A stretch of DNA of 64,000 bases from Balanoglossus misakiensis (Eukaryota; Animalia; Hemichordata), in contig CM082596.2 in assembly GCA_040954595.2 (NCBI GenBank), positions 1,090,736 through 1,154,735 on the forward strand, written 5' to 3'. This document shows positions 25,900 through 37,179 of this stretch, in pieces (positions within the stretch are counted from its first letter, which is position 1; the number at the start of each line of letters is the position of its first letter). The position numbers and the translations under genes were made by a program. The notes under the pieces are model-generated. The model saw nothing but the letters and a program-made list of their open reading frames with translations, did no database searches and was not told the origin of the DNA.

Positions 25900-28800
25900 A
25901 TGGTAATGCATGCAAGCAAACATCCAAGGCTCCATGATGGGTAAAGATTGATCAATTTCTCGATGAACTGTGTTGACTGACCGTGACACCATCCGCCATA
26001 TTTGTTTCGGGATTCCGAAATAAAATCTGGATTTGTGGTCTGTTTCCCGGTCTTGTTTCTCCGAGATCTGCACCAGAAATCTAATCCATGTCTTTCTTGT
26101 ATATTTTCAGGTATTATGACAGAAACCGCACCCATCCATACCAGGTTTGTAGGAGTGGAAGCTTGGGATAGCAGCGATCAAATGACGGAATCCAGTCACA
26201 AGATCGTCCATAAATTAATCGATACATTTCGAAAGATCTGGCGAAATTCCCTGATTTTACTTACACCAGACCACATATTAACAGTGTCTTCGATACTACA
26301 TTGGCGTAGCAGTCTATCAAGAATGATAACGTCGTCCCCAAACGTCTAATTTGATTTTTGTTTTTGAAGGGTTTCAATCAGGATCCCATATCAATATTTA
26401 TCCAAATTGTTTGTTTTGATTTCTGGTATAAAACTTCAAGTTGTGGACAATAACACTTTTCTGGTTCCTGTCCAGATTTGAAGGGATTCTAGGAAGGACA
26501 AAAACCTTGACATTTGAACATGCATGGCAGCAGTGTCTGGTACTTCCCAAAATACATCTCAAATGTGTTTACATGTTGTGAACACAACTGTTTTGTGACC
26601 ATAAGCTTGGATTCAACAAAATGGGAGCTGGATCATTAGTATAGAACTCAAAATTCTGAAATGTACCGTGTAATGGTCAGCTTATTCTTAGTATTTAACA
26701 TCTGATTGAGATAGTTTTGAATTTTGACATTTCAAGTTTGCTTGTTCAAATATAGGTCACCAGGAAGTGGATATGGTCAAATGCAGATATTGTTCTGATA
26801 ATGTTGACCATCAGAAATATGACCTTACTGAGAAGATGCCTACATGAGGTTGATTTGACGTGATAGGGTTGGTCTCACCTGTGACATTAACATGTGTTTT
26901 CCTTTTGGTTTTCCGCAGACGGTTGGGAAATACCCATCCAAGAGTCAACAGGGGAACTACAACGAAAATAAACGTAAGGATTCTCCGAGTGTTCGACAGA
27001 CAGACTCTCCGAGCAGTCGACATAGCAGTAACAGTGGAAGTCCACGAATGCCTCATCAAGGAAAAGTTGCATCTAATGTGCAAAGGACTAAAGACAGACA
27101 GAGAGGTAAATACTGACAGGCTTGTTGTCAGTATACCATCACTCAATGCAAAGTGATGTGCCACACACATATAAAATCATCTGTCAATGTGACAGATACA
27201 TGTAGTAAATCTGTGTGTGGGTCAAAACACTTCTGACAAATCTGGTGGTGCCTGGTAAAGGATAAACTTATGTAAGGGATTTACAAAGGATGGACGCATG
27301 TTTATTTCAAGGGAATGATTGTCAACAACATTTCCTTTACTGATTCCTGGTCAAAGCCGTCCTCTTTAGAGTCTTCAGCCACACTTACATGGGTGTCTTC
27401 GTGGATGTGAATCCTCCACTGTGTTGATCAGTGGTCCCTGGGCAAAACCACAACAAAAAGACAACATCTGGTCAAGTGTTGTGTTTTCCCACAGGAAACT
27501 GTCCAGCACAGGCAGGGGTTAAAATTTTCTGATACAAGCTACTAGCCCAGGACTAGTATAGGCCCTTCTGATTATAGGCTACCCGGATCATAGGCACCCT
27601 GGAAATCAAACCAGTTTCAACTGACTTGGTAGCGTTAGGGTTAAGTTTAGTCTTTCAAGAGCATTCAACAATGTCAGCCTAACAGTCTGTTATTGAGGTT
27701 ATAGTACATTTCTCCAACAATGCTGTGTTTACTATACATCATATGTGTACATTGCACATGTAAGAGCAGTATTGTGATTGTCCTGGCAACAAGTAACATT
27801 TTGATATCCAAAGTCCAAGTTGAAGTGTCATGTGCAGATAACATTGGAATTCTAGTTGTTCTTTCACAACCAAATGTCAATGATCAAGATTTCTTGGAAT
27901 CTGAAGTCAGTTTGACAATGTGAATTCCATGTGTAAGTGATGAAACAATTATGTTCTTGTGTTTTATACAGGTTCAAGTGTTTCACCATCCGAAAACACA
28001 GTTAATCATCAGTCTGGTACAAATTCAAATAGCAGTGATCGTCGTAGTAACAATGATAGAAATCTTACAGAGGTAAGATGTTTATTTTTGTCAAACCTGG
28101 TACATCCCCTTCCTTGTACTGAATACAACGTTATCTTTGTCTCCTTTTGATGAGATGCACAACAACCATGATTTCAGATTGTAATTGTTGTCTTTATTTT
28201 CTTGACAGACTTTGGAGAAGCTTAATAAGGTTTGTACAGAATGGTCTGAACACATCAGCTCGTCGGGGAAAAAATATTTTTATAACCTTCGAACAGAGGT
28301 TTCACAGTGGGAAAAACCAAAGGAGTGGGGACAAAGGTAAGACCATGATCGTTGTAAGACTGTATACATTCATAGGTTCCTTACTTTAGCTTAGAGTATC
28401 TGTTTGATGGGCTGTGGAGCTATTCACTCACAATATTGACTTTGCTTTCTACAGGGAATTATTACTCAAAGAATTACAAAAACTCAAGGAAAGAAGAGAA
28501 TCTGGTAGTAACAGATCAAAAGAAAAACATGTCAGCAGAGAATCTTCACATACCAGCAGTAGTAGCACTAGTACAAAAGGTAAGAATGTTTTCTTTTATT
28601 GACTTTCATTATTTTCAGTGTCTTGTTATTCAAAGACTTAGACGTACCATTAGGACTGTATATGGGCATAGGGAAATTGTATTCCTTTATCAGAGGGGAG
28701 TGTTTATATGAGCGTGTTGTCTGATGTGACTGCAATCTGTTGTTGTTTACAGGAGAGCAGAAGCATTCCAATGATCCGAGTAGATCTAATGTACAACAGT

Positions 28801-31422
28801 CTGGCAGTAGACAACACGAAAGACAACACAGCAGTAGCAGTAGTAGCACTAGTCAGTTCCAACATAAACCAACAACGTCAGCATTACAAAGAGGTGTGGC
28901 CGATTCACCGCAGCAGAAAAATTCCATGGGGAGATATGACATGGTGCGATCGAGTGGCACCCCTTCAATGGACACAACTAAGACGTTAAACAGGCATAAT
29001 ATGGGTAAGTATAGAACAATCCTTGTCACTTTGTCATGATGTGTGCCTCAAATGGATTCTTCAAGATTAATCATGGATGATATGATAATGCAATGATATG
29101 TGAAATTGTTCATCTGTCAGGATCACACATGAAAACATCTCTGGCATAAATTGGACAACTTATGGTCAAATTTCAATCTTTTTTTCCACTGTTAGAATCA
29201 CCTCTTGTACAAGAGATGTCATCACCAACTACCCCACAGTCTACAAGCTCAAGACATTCACAACATCCACTAAGATCACCTCTTCTACAGAAACATTCAT
29301 CAAAGTCTCCAATTGTTGTAAATACGAGTAATCAACAGGGTCCAAGAAGCGAGGAATATTCATACAATAGTAAGAAATAAATTCATGTGTTACTCTTTGG
29401 TTATCAATATGTTACCGTGGAAGTCACTGAGCTCAACCACACTCTCAACCAACAGACAAAAAGACTCGGCCCAGTGTTTCAAACCTGGTTGTGTGTGTGT
29501 CACTGTATGTGATGATTATTAACATTCATGTGAATGTTGGCCAATCCTGAAAAATCTGATTCAATTTCTGATATTGTTCTACTTCCAGACCAATCACTGC
29601 AGCAGAGATTGAACCAAGTTGAAAAGAATATTACAAGTGGTGAGTAATCAATTCTTTAAGGCCTAACTTTAATGCCCAGGGTTACTATTCTGATATTTAG
29701 TAAAATGTCAGCTGTACATTCAAGTGTGGTGCATGGTTAAAGAAAAGTCTTGATTAGCAGTTCAAAATCTTACTTCTTTTTCTTGTTGTTAATTACAGTG
29801 TTAGCTGCCAGCCAAGCATCGCCCATGTCTCTAGCGTCAGCTACGTCTGACTTATCGTCACCACAGTTCTCACCCCAGTCGACCTCGCATGTGACGACAC
29901 CTACAGTGAATTCTGCAAAAGCGAAACAAACAGTGGAGGAAGGAAGTCCCTCATCCCCTGCCCTCAGTCATAAATCATCATGGTGAGTCTTTTAAACCTT
30001 TCACCCCCAGTTCCCTCTTTAGTGTTATAGCCAGATCTGCTAATTATTGATTTGATTTTTTCTCCGTTTCATTCACAGTCAAGGCAGCCCTACACATAGT
30101 GTAAGCAGTTCCACGTCAGGTATACGTCACAGTAACCAGACCACCACACCATGTGTACCCCCAGCAGTTACACTTACACCCACTCTAATACAACACTATA
30201 ATGAATCTTTGACTACACACGTCACTGGATGGCCATCTGAACATTTTGAGAGACAGGTTAGTGCATCATTCACTTGTCTTCTGCTTTGCAAAAACTTGGA
30301 AAGAGATCAAAGTCACATTGAGCAATTTTTATCAAGCACCTGTTGAAGTGTCCATACTGGATGTATTGAGGATTGCATTTGAATGACTTAGTTGCTTGGT
30401 GTTTGTTTGTAAATAAATAAACTAAGTTTGTCTTGTGGTTGTATCTTTGCAGGCACAGAGGTATGGGGATGAGGCACATCAATTAGGAAGTCACTGTGGT
30501 GCACAGATATCAGTAGATTTAAAATTTGCTAGGTCATTAGTCCGGGTTTCAGAAATACAGACAACTTTGCAGGAACAAAGGTGAGTACATTATTCCATTG
30601 AGAGACACCTCATTCGAATTTGTATGATTCCCCCCGCCAACAAATCTGCATTCTAAGGTGTCTGTCTACTATTCAATTGAGAGACACCTCATTCAAATTT
30701 GTATGATTCTCCCCGCCAACAAATCTGCATTCTAAGGTGTCTGCCTGTAAAAGGCCACGTATGTCAAGGTCACTGTCATGTTTCCTGAAAGTATCCTGTG
30801 GGGGCGCTATTCTCCATAAGATGATAGAAGCAAGAGCTCTTGGATGCGTCGATATCTTTAACTCATGCCCAGTACTACCGTTATCATTTTAGCGTCCCGA
30901 AACACTGATAAGAACTCCAATATAATTAGCCAGAGTAAACTGAGATTTTTATGCTGAAGTCGGCATATGATTACATTTGCAATGATCATTATAACTGATT
31001 ACATAGCTCTGTATCAACATGTACCACAGGGGGCATCCTGCTTCAAAACTGACACTGTGTAAAATCTCTTTACAAATGTGTACACCTGTGTTTTAGACAT
31101 GTTCCAAGCAGGACACCCCCCAGAGTGTGTTGATACAGAACTGCTCTAATCAGTTCTAATGATCAAAACGAACGTAACCAGATGCCGACTTCAGCATAGC
31201 AATCTCAGTGTACTCTGGCTAATTATATTGGAGTTCTTATCAGTGTTTTGGGACGCTTAAATGATAACGGTATTATTTGTATCAGTCACAACATGTTTAT
31301 CCAAGTGATGTTTGTTTAGTAACATGATTTCCATTTCTCTTCTCCTTTTCAGGGTTCTATTCCTCCAGCAGCAAATTCGAGAACTAGATAAGCTTAAGAA
31401 TGAAAGCAATGCAAGTACGTAG
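25900..31422 (+). CDS. WAC: WW domain-containing adapter with coiled-coil
   Basis: Exon 1 25900-25940 [14 protein letters not shown] (human MVMYARKQQRLSDG); 26111-26144; 26919-27105; ~27972-28072; ~28209-28336 WW domain [29 protein letters not shown]; Ser-rich exons ~28455-30256; ~30452-30580 [18 protein letters not shown]; last exon 31353-31422 [16 protein letters not shown]...TAG. Confidence 0.95.
27418..27511. repeat. Degenerate foldback (inverted repeat) in a WAC intron
   Basis: ctgtgttga..tgggcaaaaccacaaca pairs imperfectly with tgttgtgttttccca..tccagcacag. Confidence 0.45.
30591..30743. repeat. Two-copy tandem repeat, 79-bp period, in the last WAC intron
   Basis: Near-identical units start at 30591 and 30670 (ttgagagacacctcattcRaatttgtatgattc..ccgccaacaaatctgcattctaaggtgtctg). 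Confidence 0.9.
30878..31270. mobile_element. MITE, Tc1/mariner(pogo)-like, long imperfect TIRs, TA target duplication
   Basis: TA|CCGTTATCATTTTAGCGTCCCGAAACACTGATAAGAACTCC... at left and its reverse complement ...GGGACGCTTAAATGATAACGG|TA at right; pairing extends for more than 100 bp; no ORF. Confidence 0.85.
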
Positions 31423-32134
31423 CAGATCTTCAAGCATAGCATTACTATTGTATTAATTTATATGTCACTAAGTACAGCAATGAAGAGTGAGAGCAGAAGA
31501 TGTATTATAGCAGCAAAGCGGACATTGTAGCTGGCAAAAAATAGGATCTCTGTTTTGTTTTTTGATGCCGACTTTCAGAGCCCCTTTTAAGAAGGTGTAT
31601 CTTTTTTTTTAAATCCCTGGAGTAGTAAAGCTATGTGCATACAATGAAGCTATTGTAGTGATGATTTCTTGATGGTGGTCCCCAGCCAGGATTTTATCGT
31701 GTACATTGGAGTACCGCAGTCGCAGAAACCCATTCTCGTCAAAAGAATTGTGACAGTATACAAGCCACAGTGTGCTTTGCTTTGTTTCTCGACATGTAAA
31801 TTTCTTAAATTTCAATTTTTTTTTTTTAAATATCAGATTGGATTTTCCTTAGCAAGCAAGATAAAAATGACCACAAGCTGTACTCTGGACCATGTTCATT
31901 GTGCAGTTGTTTATGAGTAGTCAAATGTTTTTCTTCAGTAGATATAATTTTTACCTCTTTTAGGGGGGTTATCCACTTGGTAGCAAAGGACATTAAATGT
32001 GTATAAAAAAAGAAAAGTGAAATTATGATTGTCCTCTTTTCTCATGATGTGTATGCCCTGAAAGTAAAGTATAAAGCTGCCACCCTGTGAAACAAACAAT
32101 TTTTTTCTGTAGAGGGATTGCAGATTTTTTTCTT

Positions 32135-32153
32135 GGGGGGGGGGGGGGGGGGG
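32135..32153 (+). repeat. G19 homopolymer in the presumed WAC 3' UTR
   Basis: Direct read of the sequence. Confidence 0.9.
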
Positions 32154-33471
32154 TTCAGCTGATATGGAATGAAAACTTCTCTCAATGCTCAAATCTTTTC
32201 CCACATTCCCTCACACTGATCTGTTTTTTCAAAGTACATATCTCAGAAATGTTCTTTGTTTAAGGTGCTATTGAAAGTTTACAGCAGGTCCTTGAGTTAG
32301 TTTTGTCTATATTCTGGGATCTTACCGGTAATTCTCCCCACATTTCAAATTTTAGGCTATTCCTATTTATCATATCCATTTGTGATAAATGCTCTCGAGA
32401 TCCTTCAAACCAGTTGAGGGAGGGGAATACCAGTCTGTCCACCCCTTGCTTGCTTTTTGAATTGGTATCACCTTATTGTCTGCCAGGGTTTAGCCACTTT
32501 CAATGCGAGAAAGTGGAGTGAATGAAATCGGATGGGAAAAAATGTATTTTTCTTCATGTATTTGAATAGTATATTGCAACATGTGTGGCATACTGTCAAT
32601 TTAAAAAAAAAATATTTTATAGTCATGAATTCATCACTGAATTGTGATATTTCCCCCAGACATTTAAACAGAGACGCACTGATGGGCATATTTATTGAAA
32701 TGCACCCTGCTGACACCTAGTTGTCTGAAGGTACAAATTTGCTGTTATAAACCATATCCAATATGGGACTTCAGGATATGAAAAAAAAATTGTATAGGAG
32801 GTGGTGCATGTAGAAAGAAGGGGTTAGCAGTTTTTAACAACTTGGTTGGTGTTATTAAGTTTTACTTTTTTGGGGGAAATTGCTAAAAGAAAGTTTCTTA
32901 ATTTCGAAGTTGGTGTTCCAGGCCACGTTCATGAATTTATTGCTTTGTTTCCCAAACACAATCAGATAACGTTACGTGTAGATTTTACAAGTTGTACTTA
33001 CACAGTTCTCACTGCCACGCTGTGGTTCTTTTGACCTTCCTTTTCCTCGGTTGACGTTGGCTGTGTTGTGTATTTTACAGAGACGATGATGAAACACACA
33101 AGATGGGGGGAAAAACTCCACTGTACAGTAGAAGTGTCCGAAGTAAACTCTGTCATTTTGCTAGTTGCCCAGGTTTATTTTCTTGTACAGTATCATATAA
33201 TTGTTTTCTTTTTTTTGAAATAGAAAAATGGTGGAGTTTACGGATACACTTAGTAGTTGTAGTCCATCTTTTGGACTCGTGTGTTTGTTTTGTGTAAGTT
33301 TCATACCATCTTTAATTCCTATGTACTGTGTTTATAGCTTCAGTGATGTGATTTTGTACAAGAACTTCAAGCACAGACACTTGATCTGGGGAGAGTCATG
33401 CCACACCTCTCAGTCTGAAATGATTTCATTGTTTTGTCAGCGTAACAACTACATTTTATTGTGCTACATGT

Positions 33472-33502
33472 TTAACCCTTTCACCACCATGGTTTGGTCA
33501 AA
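33472..33502 (+). mobile_element. piggyBac-like terminal remnant (TTAA-CCCT...)
   Basis: TTAACCCTTTCACCACCATGGTT; related copies at ~48706-48737 (-), 29992-30021 (+), 51876-51904 (-), and TTAACCCTTTTGACT at 11771-11785 (+) and 50385-50399 (-). Confidence 0.5.
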
Positions 33503-34151
33503 ATCCATATTGAATTAATACCTCGTACTTGCCTAATATTCCATGCCACGCCTTTGCTGAAGCATTTGGTTGGGTATTCGAAATATGCTCATAGGATAGT
33601 TGTTAGTGGCAGTATATTGCTCATTTTCTACTTTGTTTTTCCTACCTCAAATGATGAATAATGAGACCAACATTTTCCTATGTTGCTGTGTGATATTGAA
33701 CTGCATTTTGTGAACAGGTGAAGTGAGGGCAAGGCAGTTGCATTCAAGTTCAAATGTGAATCGACATCATATTTGATCACAGGATTCCATCTGACCATAA
33801 GTCAGCAAAACAGCCATAGAGATATGGACTTGTTGAGGGAAAAATTGTATTGGACCACAGCAGAATATATTTCTATTTGAAAGTTGAAATATCATGAACT
33901 GTGCAGCCTCCAGCCCTCTCACAGATTCTAAGGTGTGGCGATCTACCCATGATCATTGCTACTGGCAAACTCAACTTAGACTGATGTCTATCCATGAAAC
34001 ACAGTTTGCTTGAAATTCTTGTGCGTGCATATCTGTTAAAATCGTTTTTAATACGTTGTTGAATTCTATCAGTTCACATTGGGAGACCATTTTTTCCTGG
34101 CTTTAGTTCCTCTTACGAACACTGTAAGCTATAGTTATAACTATAAAATAC

Positions 34152-34157
34152 AATAAA
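34152..34157 (+). terminator. Probable distal poly(A) signal of WAC
   Basis: AATAAA followed by a GT-rich tract (gttgtgtgtattttgttg) about 30-45 nt downstream. Confidence 0.5.
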
Positions 34158-35299
34158 GTGTAATATTGACTTGGTATAAACAGTTGTGTGTATTTTGTTG
34201 CTGTTTATTACTAAATGAAAAAGACTGATGAAAGGTCTCATTTAGCTTGTAAGCATGTGTGTGCTCATTCCAGAAAAAATGGTGAAACTTTCCGATAGAC
34301 TTCAAGATCTCTGCTTCATTTAAGCATACATCTCCCTCTTTTGAGAGTTTGAAAAGAAAGTTTGTTCAACCATGTCTCTCCACTTCATTGGCCACTGATG
34401 TCACTCTAGTATTCTGACACCACTGATCTCAAACGCACCATTGCCAAAACACCTGAAGTAGCTATTAATAAAGACCTGGCCAATCTCATGAACCACTCAC
34501 TAGACCCACAAGCTGACAAAGTGTTCTTTAACACCTGGAATTAAAAACACTTTGCATGATAAATGATGGGGGAAACTTACTAACACTAATTACTCTGAAG
34601 TGACCAGATGATACCTTAATAATATGCAAATCATTAATGATCAGTATTGATTTCTAGCTAAGGTCAAACACTGGAACAAAGAGCATATCCTTGTCTGGAA
34701 CCCAAGGAATATCTCCAGATCATTTTGGATGTGTTACAGATCCAGTGGTTCCTTTTACAAAATGACTGCACGATTTGGACCATAAACACTACGCCTTGGA
34801 AGTTTCAGGATTACAATTGCTCCTGAGTCTTGGTCAATATCTATCACATACTGAGAAAAAATAAGAGTCAAGTAATAATTGGAACATAGGCTTGAACTCC
34901 AATCACTGAAGCATTGGCTTTGTTGATGGGTTCCTGCAGCATTCAGACATGCTAGGTTGTTGTCAAGGTAAGTCACCCATTGTTATTTCATGAATACTAG
35001 TACCTAAAATTGGGAATGGTGCTGGGAAACAGCGGCATGTATATGGAAATTTAGTACAACATTGGCAAAACTCATCCTGAATGTTCCTGGTCAAAATCTT
35101 ATCACAGACAAGGAGAAAAAAACAGACTTGCAATTTTGTAAATGTGTGAAATGATGCCCCTGAGGCTGATAGTCGCATCTACACAAAAAACTAATGGAAT
35201 TTTAAATGTATGATACATATCTCTTCAAACTCTACAGTGATTTGTCGACCCTTTTACCCACAATGCAACAACAACAATAATATTATGATTTGACCCCCC

Positions 35300-36200
35300 A
35301 GCATGGACTAAAACCTATTGGAGGAAGCAAGAATGAAGATGCGACGCGGAAGTGTTGTCATGGAAGTTCGTGTTATTGCCATGGATGGAAGTGTGTGTTT
35401 TTGTGAAAGTAGGAGTTTTGCTAACGGAAGTGTGGAGTGTGTTACGAAAATTTGGACGAAAACAGGAGAAAAATTGGACCACGGGAAGCCTGGATACTGG
35501 GGGTGAGTTACCGTTTTCAACGGCGTTTATGAATATATAATTAGTAATTTTATAGCATGTTTTGTATGAAATATGACGGACTTTGCTCAATGCCGTCACA
35601 TTTCACACAATACCCAATAGCTTGGGGTCTGTCGTATCAATTCTGTAGTATCGTTTGTTTGGGAAACAGCGTATATCTTCTTGCGAGTTGCGTGAAGCCA
35701 GTCACAGCTGCGTACGAAACAGGTTGAGAAGCAGCGGGCGCGGGTAGGTTTTTGCCCCCTCCAGAGTCCGAAAACAATCTTCCAGAAATGTAATTTGTTC
35801 AAAAAACTTTTCGGGCTTGAGTAATGTCAAAGCCGGGACGTTCTATTGTTCGGTTTGCAACAAAATGCCGTCGGAAACACGCCCACAAAACTTTTGGCAA
35901 ATGGCAGCCGGCTAGGCATGCCCCCTGCAGCTGGAGTGACGTCATCATGTGTCTCCGTCATGTTCGTTTCAATACATGCGCAGATGATGGCGAGGAATAG
36001 CTGTGCCTCACGCATCTTTTCCACTCATAGGAAATGCCTTTTGTTTATTACTTTTAAGCGACGAGGCTCGATTCAATTATGGATTTTTTTGTCGGTGCGT
36101 TTATGACGACAGGCCTACGATCCATAGGCCCTGCTTGTCTCCTGAACGTCGAGGGCGCACATATGTCGAGTCCACTTTTTTTGCAACTAAAATAAGCAAC
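35300..36200. promoter_or_regulatory. CpG-rich promoter-like island with no adjacent recognisable protein-coding 5' end
   Basis: Several GGAAGT ETS-like cores at ~35347-35432, CACGCCC at ~35878, CRE TGACGTCA at 35937-35944, splice-donor-like sites on both strands at ~35503-35511. Confidence 0.45.
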
Positions 36201-37179
36201 ATGTTGCAGGTCAATGATTATAATTTCTAATGAAATGGACAGACACTCAGAGTCTGCATGTCTACATTTGTAAAGGGTTAGCGGTTTTAATAAAAGACAC
36301 AACACTGATAGATTTTTGTCGCAAAGCTCAGTATATATTGTCTGTATATATATTTTCCATACAAAGTCTGAAAAAAGTGCCAAGCACATAAGCGCTTGGC
36401 ACATATCCAAATTATATATCACGTTTTCATTAAAATGTATAAATCTTATAGTAAACAAGATCAGTCCAGACTGAATTTAAAACAAGTAAATTTAAAACAG
36501 GTAAAAACTTAAACAGCAGTAATTCAAAGGTAGTAGTTATCCAATATGTACTGAATAGTGTTAGTTTCATAGGTGAAATGAACTTCCATCTCAAAATCTA
36601 CTTTTCTCCATTAATCTAAAACTTAAAATACAGTACTTCACTATTCTTTAATATCAATCATGTAATTAAGCTAAACAAAATTGTATGGAATGTCATATGG
36701 AATGATTTGGGTTCATTAAAATGTTTACTGCGATCAATTTCAAATCAAGAGACACATTGCGCAGTTTGATAAAATAATAAAGCATGTCGCTAATGTATGC
36801 ATGCAATGACTCTTAAGTTTTCATGATATGTTTTCATTCTAAACTTTACATTTGGTCCGAATATCCTACTTTCTAAAAAAACAGAGAAATTTATGTCGCT
36901 ATTTATGTAACAGTACTGAATCAAAAATTGGAATGTGCCAAACAAAGAATATATTTTAAACAAACATCGGAGATGCAAATACAAGTTTTATATTTGATAA
37001 GTAGAATACTTTTGGGGAATCAAACAGAGCTGTTGTCACTGTAATACAAACGGGGAACAAATATATGCACTTTGCAAAAAACAAGTAAACTTCAATTTCT
37101 ATACAACACTATAACACTTCTGGTTTCATGGTCAGATTTATCATGTTAGTTGTCATGGAGACTCCACTGGTTGATTCTC

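Noticed and set aside
27312-27348. Box C/D-like motif pair with a terminal stem in a WAC intron
   Set aside because: Too short (~36 nt) and box C is imperfect.
30591-30743. Possible CRISPR-like array
   Set aside because: Only two whole-unit copies, no unique spacers, located in a eukaryotic intron with no cas genes.
35318-35506. 62-aa plus-strand ORF
   Set aside because: Non-ATG start, overlaps the ETS-motif cluster, no recognisable protein features and no clear downstream exon.
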